A stretch of 64,000 bases of DNA from Lingula anatina (Eukaryota; Animalia; Brachiopoda): positions 21,452,001 through 21,516,000 of the forward strand of contig CM120640.1 of assembly GCA_051362555.1 (NCBI GenBank), given 5' to 3'. The notes beneath the pieces were generated by a model, which did no database searches, was not told the origin of the DNA, and was given only the letters and a program-made list of their open reading frames with translations. Position 1 is the stretch's first letter. Each line of letters opens with the position of its first letter. A program made the translations under genes and the position numbers. Positions 1 to 13,400 of this stretch are shown here, in pieces.

Positions 1-780
1 TGACTTTGAAGTTCCATGGGCCTGAAGACCTTTGCTAGTCACATTTTCTGAATATCCATGATACTAATATTTTATTATTAAAAATTGATGGTCATTATGC
101 TGTTAAACATTATGTAATATTGCATCAAAATTTGAAAAAAACCTATTTTGGGCACTGCTCCCATGATTACCTTTTAAGAAAAACCATGTCACTTACTGTT
201 CTCAAACTTACAGGAAAGAAACATGGGACTAAAATACAGCTTCAGTAGGCAATGCAATCTGCCAGTTAAACAGTTTTTGTGAAAATTTAATTTTTCACAT
301 ATTGGCATTTTCAAGGTGTGACTTTGAAGTTCCACAGGCTTGAAGACCCAGGCTAGTCACATTTTCTGAAAATCCATGATACATATATTTTGTTATTAAA
401 AATTGATTGTCATTATGCAGTTAACCATTATGTAATATTGCATCAGAATAGAAGAAAACACAATTTTGGGTGCTGCTGCCATGATGACCATTATGGGAAA
501 ACCATGTTACTTATGATTGCCAAACTTTCAAAAAAGAAATACAGGACTAAAATGCAGCCTAAGTTGGAAAAGCAGTCTAATTGACTTCTTTTTCTGGAAG
601 TTTTACATTTTCAAAGTGTGAACTTGAACTCCCATGGGCCTGAAGCCTTATGCTTGTTTCACATTTTACTTACATTGGTATTACCTGTTGAGCATAATTA
701 AAATTTGATGTTGAATTTGCAGTTTAACATAATGTACTTTTGCATCAGAATTGACAGAAGCCTATTTTGTTATTTCCTGC
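1..780. repeat. Degenerate tandem repeat, about 300-320 bp unit, about 2.5 copies (intronic, truncated by window start)
   Basis: TGACTTTGAAGTTCCA..TGAAGACC..GCTAGTCACATTTTCTGAA recurs at 1 and 319, with a more diverged copy at 619. The downstream blocks ATTAAAA.TTGAT and TTGCATCA.AAT recur in register. Confidence 0.85.
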
Positions 781-1221
781 TTTTTGTCTGTACATTTGAC
801 AGCTTTGCTGCCTTGTTCAGATTTTGTGAAGAGTAATTGCCTTGAGTTGAAGAGTCACTAGTAACTCACTTTATTCATCTGTTTGGTTTCCAGTTGTTGG
901 GTAATAGAAGGTATATCCTGCAGTTGTTTAAACTACTCTGCATCTCAAGGAGAATTATTCACAGAAGTTCATTGTTTGACATCTGTGAAATAAAAGTCTT
1001 TTAATAAAACATATAATATTAATATTTAATATTTTTGATAGTTCTGTAGAGCCCAGACGAAAAAAAAAAAAAAACTTTCAGATTTCAGGCTCTTACAGTT
1101 TTCTCAGTACACATGGTCTGATCTTTTTTCTCAACTAACACATTTTACTGTACCATTTTATGCAAAGAGTTCTACATGCCTCCATCATCATTGTTTATGT
1201 GTATCTTTCCTAATGTTTCAG

Positions 1222-3739
1222 GTACTCGTGATGCTCCAGATTGGGATGCCCCACTGAAGGCTAAGGCATTATGGGCCTTTTCTGCCATCAAACCATGTGA
1301 TCTGACTTTTGCAAAAGGTATATTGATTATAAACATAATTATAACATCAATCACATGGAAATACGTGCACACATGCCCGCACATGCCCACATCTTTGCTG
1401 TACATACGTGCAGATGACAGTGTTAAGCCCATTTTTTATAGTTAGTTTTGTATATCCGCCTCAGGTAATTTTTTTTGGAATTTTAAAACAATTCAGTAAA
1501 GCATGAGTTGTGACATGTGAATTAGTCGAGCTGTCAGCAGGTCAAAAGAATATGTTAACATGGAACTTTGTCTATCAAATTTGACAGTCCTGGGGTGCTA
1601 GCAAGTGTTCATAAATGTTATTCCTCAGTCTGTATAACACTGCAGTGGCATATGTAATTTGAAGTAGACAACTAAGTGAAATTTATATGATGTATTTAAT
1701 AAAAATGGGAAATGGGTGAAATTTAGAACTGCCAGCGTGTTCTATTTTATGATAAAGGGATGTTTGTAATCTTTAAATGTATACATCAACATGCCAGGAA
1801 AACATTGAAGTATGAAAACTGAATGAAATAATGTAGAATAGGGGTTACCAGCATGTGCTTCTCTTTGGGGAAATTTTTTTTTTTCGCTTTCACTTAAACA
1901 TTTATTAAAAGTATGTAGCAACCTTAGCTATTTTATTGTATATTTAATTAAGCACAGTTTACTGGAAGGCAGTGCACTATTTGTGAGGCTTATATGCAGT
2001 AAATTCAGTTAATAGAGGATATACATGTTCAGAAACGGGTGTTGAAAAAAGTTGCAAGTCAGTGAAATTGTTACAATGTCTGGAGATAAGTGCAATTTAC
2101 AGTTTTTTATGTTATGTGAAAAAAAATGAAATAAGACAATGTATAAAATTTTAATAAAAATAAGGGTGCATGGAAATCTAGTTATATGTAATCCATGTTA
2201 TTTGCAGAATAAAGGTCTGCATGAAGTGAAATTTATGGCTTATATTAGAAAGCTAAATTTATGTGCCAGTTTTAGGCCAGGTACTCTGAAAGCTAACTAG
2301 TTTGAGGCAGTTCTAACCAGCCTGGTTGGCCTGGGCTGCTCACATTTCAGCTAAGTGGATTCCCATAAATGAAAATATATATAGCAAGTTTGAGCAGAAT
2401 TGCTGGAATGCTTTAACTCTTGCATTTGTCCTCAATATCAAAATTGATTGGGAGCAATTTTGCTGTTGATGATATACATGTTTTTTTTTTTCTTCTCACG
2501 CTTGAGAATACTCTTGTTCACAAATTGGATGGCTGAATGTTAACTAGATTACAACATATTCTAAACGGACATAAAAATATAATTATTGAACAATTCTTGG
2601 TGTTTTGCCATCTAATTTACCTGTAAAACTAACACAGAAATGAGCTTTTTTTCATTCATTTTTTAGTGGGGCCTTTTTGGCATCTTGATGTTTCAGTTGT
2701 CCTCAGTGGTAACCTGCCGTTTTTGCAAAATGTCAGTGTGACTTCATCACTCATCAAGCATGCTTGGCATCTTGTGTTGCAAGAAAAGACATAATTTGAT
2801 ATGAAAGGAGAAATAAATTACATCACTCCCTCCTAGTGGCACACAAATAGATTTTTTATGTAACCTTTCTTTTAAAATGGATTTTGTGATGTAGTTGAAA
2901 CTTTGCCAGTTATGACATGTGCTTGTATTTATTGAAATAATGAAGCGCAAAAAAAGATGGACGAACAACATTTTTTAATCTCATTTTCTTGTTTCGCTGT
3001 TACGTGTGGTTTGCTTGTTTTACTGTGTAAATATTGATGTTATAGTTATCTTGTTAGGGTTCCATGGTTTCTTTTCTATTCTGTAAAAAGTGTTTGATGT
3101 TATGATAGAAAAAAAGTGATCCATTGCTTTTCCCATTTTTATTTTAATGTCTGTTAAGAAACTGGGCAGCAGTGTCATTTTTTGTATTTTTTCATAAAGA
3201 GCAACAATAAGGCTTCTGAAACATGTCAAGCATGAACTGATACTTTGATAATTAACTTGATACCAATTCACTGATCACTTGTTTTTTTTTTTTTTAATAT
3301 CTTAATTTTAGTTAAAAGATGTCGAGTTATGTAGTCTACTCTAGTTTCATTCACTTTGTATTTAAAAGAATATAAATCCCTGTCAATACACACATCAGTT
3401 ATCTATAATATTATATTTATTACATTCATTTAAAGTGTGAATGCATATGAATAGCAAAAATTAAAGTAATATTCAGAGTACACTTTTTTTTTTGCTTTGT
3501 CTGTTGTACATGATATGCAATGTATGTATTGGTACATGGATTCTTTGAATTGAAAACTGAATTTTTAACTTTAACTTTTTATGTAATTTTTAACTAAATT
3601 TTTTAACTGAATTTATCTTTTTATTTCAGGAGAAGAGATAGTGGTCCTGACCAGGACAGACACCCAGGACGACTGGTGGGAGGGCTCCATTCATGGCAAA
3701 ACTGGGATTTTTCCTGCAAATTATGTCCAAGTTCTTTGA
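1222..3739 (+). CDS. SH3YL1: 3' end of an SH3-domain protein, SH3YL1-like (last two coding exons; 5' part outside the window)
   Basis: Exons 1222-1317 and 3630-3739 have cag| and |gt boundaries with a phase-1 join. They give ...AKALWAFSAIKPCDLTFAKG|EEIVVLTRTDTQDDWWEGSIHGKTGIFPANYVQVL*, a complete C-terminal SH3 domain. The T..Q.DWWEG...G..GIFPANYV ending resembles the SH3YL1/Ysc84 family, but the symbol is tentative because the SYLF domain is not in the window. AATAAA at about 4367 and 4393. Confidence 0.75.
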
Positions 3740-4485
3740 AAGAGAAAAAAAAAAAACTGACAAATGAGGGAGCCTATGGTTTTGAGGGGAATACAAAATA
3801 TTTCAAGTTATCCGAGAGAAGGTGTTTGAAAAAGGTGGTTGAATTACTTGTTGTGTGCCCTTTCAAGTTGGAAATATTTTAAAGTGACTTGTACGTGTTG
3901 TGTTAGATAAGATGGTGATTTGTATTGCAGGACATTAAAATCACAAACTGTTAAAAGAGCACCGTCTCAAGGGAAGTGTACACTCCTTTCAGAGAGTGTA
4001 TATATTTATCGTGAATGGGTAGCTGTAATAAGCCAATTTATTTAGTAATGATCGTAGAGTGATACAGATGATCTTATTAATCTGTAGTTATTTGATTATT
4101 GGTGCATATCGGTGTAATGTATTGTCTGAACTAGGTGCTTAGAAAATTGAGCATACATGTTTATTTCTGTCCAGTGCCGAGCATTCTTATCTAATGGTTG
4201 TAGAATAGTTCAGGTAGGGTTCCAGCTGGACTGGTAACTTTTTCAGATGTTGATGTATTAGTACTTTGTACTAATCTTGAATTTCATGTCATGGTCTTTG
4301 TCTGGACGGGATCCAGGAACTAGAACTTTTTTTCATAATTTTTGTATTGATTAACACAATTGTAGAAATAAAGAATTGTGTCTGAAGAATAGAATAAACA
4401 TTAAGAACTGAAAACGTTGAATTTTTTTAATGCGTTGGTAAATCAGTATATATGTGAAAGTTTAAGGCTGTTTAAAGCTGGAAAG

Positions 4486-4805
4486 TTAAAGTGATAATAA
4501 CTCTTCGTATGAGATCTATATTTCACAATAAAAACATTGTGAATAACTCATAGAAATATAATATATTCTGTTTTACCACAAAAACGGCAGTTATAGCTAA
4601 TGTTCTGATATCTGAGCTTGTCTTTAGACCACGTGACCTCCATTGATGGCTATACTGTGTTAAAACAAACTTTTTAGAAAAAAAACCAGGGACTAACTTT
4701 GAATGTAAAAATGGATCCATTAACCATTGGTAAGTATGGGAAAATTGTTGTTTACTCCAGGAAAATTCATTTTTTGGCCGAAACGAAGAGTTATTATCCC
4801 TGTAA
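4486..4805. mobile_element. MITE family A, copy 1 (TTAA-flanked, Kolobok-like non-autonomous DNA transposon)
   Basis: Terminal inverted repeats TTAAAGTGATAATAACTCTTCGT ... ACGAAGAGTTATTATCCCTGTAA. The body is nearly identical to 27884-28228. Confidence 0.85.
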
Positions 4806-6060
4806 TTTATGTAAATCATTGAACTGGAATAACGGCAAATTGCACAGCTGATCCTTTCGCCAGCTAGAACACCGTTTTCGAATTATACCACTAACTTCAC
4901 TGTCGAACCAACCTTAGAGAAAGTCACTTGTGTTTAAAGCCATCGCCTGATTAAAAAACAACGGGTTTTGATGAGTCAACGACAGAATTGTTCTTAATTG
5001 AAGTCAATGGTATTACATCAGAGGGAACTGGCAACTTCAAACGATAAAATAACTTTTGAAATAAACAGCAGACGACAATGTGCTACATGACGCCTGACGG
5101 TCCCAGCAGGCTTCTTGTTTAACTTGTTGGATACCGCCCTCGTTACGAAGTATGAAGACTACCACCCAAACCGCAGGCACTGATGAATCTACGTTAAAAG
5201 CTGGCTGACTTCCACAACGTTGGGACATATTTTTTGTCGGTATGTTTTTTTGAAATGATGTAATAGAAGTTTCCGTTACTATCCTTTTAATGTTCATTCC
5301 ATTAAGGATATCTCACCGCGATTGAACGCCCAATTGTTACTTGATATATCGTGTTTTAGCACAAATATACAAATGGATTATTCATAAAGCAGACTGGAAC
5401 GACAGGGTTTCAATTAAGACGCACAAAGAGCTCGTTGACGTAACATATAAACATAGACATCGGTGTCGCCAGGATGAAGACAAATTGGTGTAATTGTCAA
5501 CGTTTGGAAATTTGTTCCAAGCTCTCTTTATGAGATTAAAAGGGGTAGAAAGGTTTGAAAGAAAAAAGCAATCCATTAAGTTTCGTAAACCGAGACATTT
5601 TTTTCGTAAGCGTACATTTACCGCTGTCCAAGTTTCAGTTGAAATAAAATAAACAGTGCCTGATTGAGCATTTATCTGAAGCTGCTAGGAAGAAATGTTC
5701 CCCCGCTGCTTCAAAGGAAAATTTAAGTTGCGTCTTCGGCAAGTGCCAGCAATATTTGAGGACAAAAATTACATGTATGTGTAAGTCTTTCTATAGCTTT
5801 CCTAGCCGGACTTCCCAAAAAATTCAGTTTAATGTTCAATGTGCCTATGTAAAAATATTCAGAGGTCGATTTCACAAAAGAATTTTAAACCGAAATTTTG
5901 TATAAAACCTTTAGACCAAATATATGGACTACTTCTGTTTGAGGTAAATCAGTATAGCCATCTCTTTCTTCTTGTAAAACAGGCGCAATATTTCGTTATT
6001 GATCCGACTCATCTCGGATCAAAGTAGACTCACTTTGAATCGACAATTGATCTAGATTCT

Positions 6061-6351
6061 ATGGGTGCTTTCCCAGAGATTTAGATCGATCTAAAGATTA
6101 AGTTTTAGATCGACCTAACTCCCTGGGGGTTCAGGCTAAATTGCAGTCAGCCGAGCGGACACCATAGTAAATTACCCCCTTACAGCTTTTAGTAGGCGGG
6201 ACAGACGCTTAAGCCGGCCAAGCTGACAGTAACCTAGTGAGACTCCCCACAGGGATAGATCGATCTAAAATCTATGGAAATGGGGTGTAAAACCATCGGT
6301 CTAAAAGTTTAGCCCATTTGTAGGCTATAGTTCTTTCGTGAAACGGGCCCC
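6061..6351. mobile_element. Degenerate MITE family B (internally palindromic, Harbinger-like end)
   Basis: Contains TAGATCGATCTA motifs, GCTAAATTGC and ATTACCCCCT shared with 59030-59270. Ends in TTCGTGAAACGGGCCC, a PIF/Harbinger-type terminus. Confidence 0.55.
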
Positions 6352-7688
6352 ACGTCATTACCCACCCCTTCTTTATATCATAGGTTTAATGTTGATCCCA
6401 TTACCTCTAGTGTAGTCGTAGAACCATCTTAATCACCTACCACGATCTTCTGACATGGGCCTTAGAAAACCCTTGATTTAGATTTATTAATATGTTTTAT
6501 CCGTGTATTGCAGTACAATTTTCAAGAACTTTGCACTGTAGGCAATACATCGCACATAGAAAACCCATTTGACAATCCTGATTGAAGAACAGTTAAACAC
6601 AAATTCATTACGTGACCCTAAAAATATATACGACAAGTTATTCAATGTTTGTTTTAAATATTGTTCCTTTATTAGAAGCACAGATTCTTAAAATTTCAAA
6701 TATCTTTCACGTACTCCCACGAGACTTAAAGCAAACCCGATGCAATTAAGTTTTTCCAATTGCAACTAATCGTCAAGTAATTCAGTCGTGTTGATGTCAA
6801 TAAATAAAGGCATACTAAATATGCTTGTTCACTCAAAATACTGTACATAAATCTATCGTCACTTATCACTGGAGATACAACTACCGTTTTACAAATAAGC
6901 TTATACTAGTGTAAACACCATGTGTGCAGCACAAAAAAAACATGAATGATATACTATAAATGATGAATGTTAAATCTGTTAATGAAACTACCCTATCAGA
7001 CTTTCTATCACTTGAGACGGAGATTTTTTTGCCTCGATGATAAAAATGTCCAAATGAGTCAAGGATATTGTTGTCGCAACATGAGACAGGACAGACTTTA
7101 ACAGCCGAAATTTAGACCTTGATTGAAGCTTAAATCGTTTCCAGAGACAACATTCCATTTGTCAAGAATTTAATATATTACACCTATCACTCCAGCCAAT
7201 AAGTTTTTTACATTATCAGCTATTACCTTTCTCCTGTGCCACCACTGTGTATGTAATTTTACAGGATGAAAAACAACCCCATCCATTTGGTCCTTGAAAA
7301 GTCCGTAGTGGACAACAACACAACAACCGATTGGCAAAGTTGTGCGATCATTTTGAAACCAAATCAAGCCTTTTTTGATATCCACAACAACATTGTAAAT
7401 CTGTTTTCAGCCATCTTTGTCACAAGGATTTACTTTCAGGCAGTTTCCTCACAAGATAGTTTGAAGCATCTTCAAAGCGCATCATCTTGCCCGTACATTC
7501 ACTGCTGAGACAATCGAACACTCAGTGAACTTGTTTTTGACAGCGTTCCACCACAATTCTGTAACATCCCGGGATTAGGTGTAGTAACATTTTTAAATAT
7601 GTATATATATATATATATATATTATCTGTCTCAATAACAATAGTCATTTTAAAATGACAGTTAGACTGTAGACTCGTGACAACACTTG

Positions 7689-7779
7689 CATTGGCGGACC
7701 CAGAGGAGGAGAACGAAACGAGACAAACTTTTGGTTTATCCTTGTGCCCTCCTTCAGCAAAATCCTGGACCCACCAGTA
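7689..7779. mobile_element. Short degenerate inverted-repeat element
   Basis: CATTGGCGGACCCAG ... CTGGACCCACCAGT form imperfect inverted termini typical of small invertebrate MITEs. Confidence 0.4.
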
Positions 7780-8468
7780 AATTATAGACTACGGCAGAAA
7801 CATAGTGTCAAAGCTATACATAGTCTTTAAAACTTGAAGCAAACTTTAATACGTAATTGTCTCAAAGTTGGTTAAGGGTTATCATACAAGAAATGACCAG
7901 AGCAACCTTTTAGTTCTCCTATGCAGTGATTAAAAACTTGGCGGAAAGGACGAGCGCAGTTCGCCACAAAAGCCACCAAAGTTTTCATCAGCGAAGGTTT
8001 CCGTACATTATATGACAGAAAGGAGTGGATGTATTCCATCCTTCTTGCATGGTATTTTCCAGCATGAATTATGAACGAAAACATTTCGTTAGAACAATTT
8101 CTTCTGGAATTTGTATATATGTTGTTTTCAGTCTTCCAAATGGTAGCAGTGGGTCAAAAGATTACAACCACAAGTTTCTCTTCGCACCACAAAATATTCC
8201 ACTTATTTCATCACACTATACGGTATCACATTATTCTTTCCTAGAACTACAAAAAAAAACAATCACATTAAATTATTGCCCAGTTCTACCAGTAACGGAC
8301 CATATTGCATAGGATATTAATTGGAAAACAATAAAGCAAAGAGTAAGTTCACAGCTTTTAAATCATATTTTTGCGTGTGAAGTTAAAGATAAAAGTACTT
8401 ACAATTGCAATTTAGGAAGCATTACTACATGAAGAAAGTGTGTGGACGCAACATGCGTGTATTTCTTT

Positions 8469-10289
8469 TTACCTGCTTCCTTGTCTGCTACGTTTTCCAG
8501 AATTTCCCTTCTTTTTTCTGCTTTTCCCTCGACCTCGGCTTCGTCTTTTCCGGCTTTCCCATCTCTAAAATAAGACCACGTTAATAAGCCAATGGTACCA
8601 TCAGACCTTTAATTATGAAAAACTTGTATTGCCAATTACCGACTGTCTCATAGAAAAGATTGACTAAAACGAAACAAGTGTCTTAGTTCCAACGCAAATG
8701 GAGGTCATCTTAACATTAATTGGTGCGGGTTTTGATATTTCAGTATATAATCGAAGGCTTAAAAACATTCAGAAGGCTGTTAAGGCAATCTTACCTTTAA
8801 TTTTTTCGCCACCTTCTTTTTCCATTTCAATACAAGGGCGTCGTCATTCAGAAGCAGTCTTTTAGTCACTTTATCTTCGTGGCCGAGAAAGAGATATTCC
8901 TTGTTCGCCTCCACCTTAGCACAGACACACATTCCTTTAGTCCACAGCTGGACTTGAGTTTGAGGCTTTATTTCCACCTCTCCATTTTTCAAAACTTCTT
9001 TCACATCTATCACAGTCACTGCGTGGTCATAGATGGCTTTCTGCTCCTTGAATACACCGTGGACCACTGGAAAGGAAGATTATTCACCGTCAGCCAAGGC
9101 AAATTATCATAATATACCGAAGATAGGCTTGTTTCATTCAAAATGCCAGTTGAAAAAACAATACGAGTGTGTTTATGGCGTGTGTGTGTGTTTGTGTGTG
9201 GGTGTGTGTGTGAGAGAGAGAGAGATGAAGGAAGGGAGGGAGACTCTGTACCACATGTTTAGGCATTTAGTGCAGTAGCAAGTTTTAAAAAAGACTTACC
9301 ATATTCGTATTTTTTACTTAGATACTGTTTTTTCTTTAATTTACTTTTCTTTGGACAGTTGCAATCTGAAACAAAGAAAATGGCTGAGAGCAAATGAAAG
9401 CAATCGCCCCACTTATCGAAAATATTGGTAACAAACTATGATGAAACCATCCATTCTCTCATAAATTTAACAGACTTGTCAGTTTTCCATTGAGGAATTT
9501 TATTATGCGACTGTTAAAGCTCAGTAAACGGCATCATCATTGGAAAGGACGAGTACTTTCAAACATTTCCAAATTGCAAGGAGATAGATGTAAAACCTAT
9601 AAATTTTATTTAATACGTGCACAAACCAAATTTTCACTTTTGACGTCAAAGACACCTGCTACTGTAGGTTTACTATTTACGAACCACAACAGTGAAATAG
9701 ACTTGGTGCTTGAAGCTAACGTCTATCAAAAGACGTGCACCATAAAAATTTTGGAATAAAAAATATGGCCATAATGCTTTACACGTGTACGGACCGTACT
9801 CCGCAGACATAACTGACCTTAAATGACACTTAAACACATTAGGTTCACCGGCCCGTGCCTAGATTGTTTCATACTGATCAAATTAATTGAATTTCTGAGC
9901 CAAGGCGGAATGCATGACTATGAACAGGGCCTGAGCCACATCCGATGGTAATTCTCCATTAATTTTGCTTGGATGTAACGATGACTATTGTTTAAAAAAC
10001 ATGTAAGTTTTCGTGCTTGCTTAAAGATAGGCTTTATACAAATACATAGCATAGCATAAAATTTTGATAAACGTCAAGCTTACCTGCGTTTCTAACTTGA
10101 TGCTTCTCTTTTGGCTCCTTACCTGTGTCTGAAATTGAGGGAATAATTAGATACAGCAAAAACCGTGCAAACTTGATCTCTGGCAGTGGTGATTTCCCCA
10201 TGGTAATATTATGGGATTCGTGGGGACCGCGAGTTTCCACCTTGCTCTTTCTATGTACAGAATCGAAGGGGAACTACCCCCAACACACA

Positions 10290-10327
<38 letters not shown>

Positions 10328-10385
10328 CTCTCTTTCTCTCTCTCTCTCTCTCATTAGTTTTTGCTGTAAGCCTCTCATACCCCCC

Positions 10386-10419
<34 letters not shown>

Positions 10420-13400
10420 CATGTCACAGCACCCTACCACCCATATGCTTTTATATCAGGTATTCTTGTTTTCTATTGCGTGAAAATGTAGCTCAATGTT
10501 CAGAATTCAGAAATGAAAAAGATTGAAAGAGACAGTAAAAATACAAGTACTTGCAGCCTAAAACCAACCCTGTACAAAAAAAAATCTTTCAAAGTTTCGT
10601 TCAGAACCCCATCCAAGTCATCCAAGGCAAGCGAGAACCAACCATGGCAACCATGGCAGAGATCTGGATTGATACAGTACCAGATAATCTGCACTGAGAG
10701 AACTTCAGACCGGGGTTCAACAGGAAGTTGCTGTAAATTGTACCACATGATTGTGGATGGAAATTTCATAAAAATAGTCGGTGGGCACTGGATCCCCGCC
10801 ATTGCATTAGTGCGATCAAAGTCCGCGGATAATGAGCGGCTCCTGCCTTTGTTTATTCTGTTGTTAGCTTGATCAGCCTCAGTTCATGTCCGACACGTCG
10901 AAAGAAAAAAATGTTTCTTCTTTTGACAGCAGCTGATTGGACAAAAACACCAGTTCATGTTATTGTCTGGCCTTTTAATGTAAATGGTGAATGTCCAATT
11001 CCCTGACCTTTGCTTGAAAAAAAACAAAAAAAAAAAAACAAAAAAAAAAAAAAAAAAAAACGAAAAGAGACACGTTGAGTACTGCAATCCCCTTTCTCTT
11101 CCTTATTTCGTGATTTCGTTGCAATACTAAACTACAACAATGGCAATTCTTACTGTAGAAAAATTCTTTCGCACTTTGCCATGGACCGAATAGATCATGA
11201 TCAGATACATAATGAATTCTATAATCAGAATAAAGTTGTTTATAAAGTAACAAATTAATAACATTCTTGATCATAAGTTCACTTTATGTTTATATGGCGT
11301 GAACTTCGTTTTGCTGAGGTAACGACTTCCAATGACAGAGTGCAAGAAAGGTTAAGATGAAAGATGAAGCTTTACACAATATGCCAAAAACGTGTGTCTC
11401 ACTGAATGGGCGAAACACCTACGCATTTGTATTAATTGCAAAGTAGCTCCAGTAATCTATCAAATCGTTAAACCTTTTTTTCAATTTTCTTTCTGTGAAT
11501 GACAGAGTCCAAAATTGTGGCTTTGAAACGACTTTTGAAGATAAAATGTATCTCAATGTTTTGTTCCCAAACAGCTCTTTGTGCTCTCAGACTTTTCAAT
11601 GAACATTCAAGAATTATCATCATCATCGTAATCATTTTTTGTCGATTTAATTAAAAAAAGTTCTAGCTCTATCGCTTTCGTTGCACTTAGTATAAAGTCG
11701 TTATTTCATTCTATTTCATTTTTTGCCTTGAAAATTTTGAAACATACGAACTCTGCAAATTATTGAAATATATAACGCATTCAGATTCTGTACCAAGGCA
11801 TAATTACATCTTACTGCGCCATTTACGCACTACATCTATAGATGCGTTTTTTTTTCTCTAAAAAGGGAAAGCCGATTTCACTCAATGATGAAGCGGACAA
11901 CATTCGTCAATATTTTCCGAGCTTTACAGATTCTTTTCTCAGATTCTCTGACATCCCTTTCATTGTCCTTATAATTGAAGTTCCACCTTTTCAATTTTTT
12001 TGTCACGCTTTTAAAAACAAATTCAATACAATGCAACAACATGATCTCCAGCGGTGTTACGTCTGTGAGACTTTCCCACTGTTTTGGTGGAAACTTCTGA
12101 GTATGCGTAACTTTCATTTTTGCCCCCGTGGTTTTAAAATGTATTTCTGTCTGGCTCTTAACAATGTTTTCTCTACGACACTGTACCGACAACAGCCAGT
12201 GGGAAAGACGTGATTCAACTTGTTATAAACAGGACTGGAAATGCTGTCAGATCATGTTTCGCCTAAATTTAACCGGGTCAAACTGAAACATAAAGTTTTT
12301 AGACATTTCAGACCACTTGTTTGGAAACTTATACTATTGCTGACGTCTTACTATAATTAAAAATTGACTACAAAGTACTTTGGGCCACATAAATATGATG
12401 TTAAACGAGTTCGCCTCCTCCATTCTTATAGATTTGAGTAGGATTAGATTTTGCCTACATGCAATTCAGTGATTACTGCACTTTATTTAAGAAAAATTAC
12501 CGTCAAAAAGCCAGTTTTAAGGCTAAAAAACAAAAACAAAACAACCCGAATATTACGAATATTAACCTAAACCCTTCAAAGCAATCACTATTCTCCTCCA
12601 ATTTATAGAGCTGAGCTCACATTTTCGACCTGGCGAGACACTCTTCTTACTTTTCTATACACTCATCTCTGCCTCGGTGACATTCATATACAGACCGGTC
12701 AGACGAATGTGACAACATAAGTAATCGATAACTCACTCTTTTTTTTACATAAAGCTCTGACGAAAAAAGAGAACGAGTCCTACCTGTGTACCGATTCAGT
12801 GTAACGACGATACAATCACGCGCGGGGTCATGTAGTATATGTCTCTCACTGGAGATAACATTTCAGAAGACATGAATTATTTTCCTAAATACTACGCGAA
12901 ACCTGACAGAAATTGAACAACACAAGGGGTTATATAGGAGTGCTAGACCCCAGTAACGTACTACTGGCTTCCGAACAAAATAAAAAAGCAACACCTAACG
13001 CTTGAGAAAAAGTCAAAGGTTTTTTTCCAATCATGTTTTTGCTGTTAGGTTCCTTAGTTTTAGGGAATTAAGAAAAGAGAGGAACGCTGAATAGGAATAA
13101 CAATCAAATAAGGCATGCTTTTAACGACTCGCATCCAGCTATTTGGTAATGTAAAAGTTATTAAGATTACTTAAAAACAACAGTTCAGTTGCGGCTTGGC
13201 ATTTAAAGAGAGCTGGATTTAGTGTTAAAATGTGGTATAACTTTACGCAGAAATTACATCATCGTGTTTTATGCTATTGTTACATGTCCTGTTTCACGTT
13301 CAAAACGCAAACGCTGAATACAAAGTGTACGACTTTCTGAACTGCAGTCTCTTACTATAAACCACTGACGCTGTTGCGTGTATTTTCATCACGTTATTGA

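Noticed and set aside
10500-12213. ORFs of 99-123 aa inside sFRP intron 1
   Set aside because: No recognisable domain, overlapping ORFs on both strands and no coherent exon structure.
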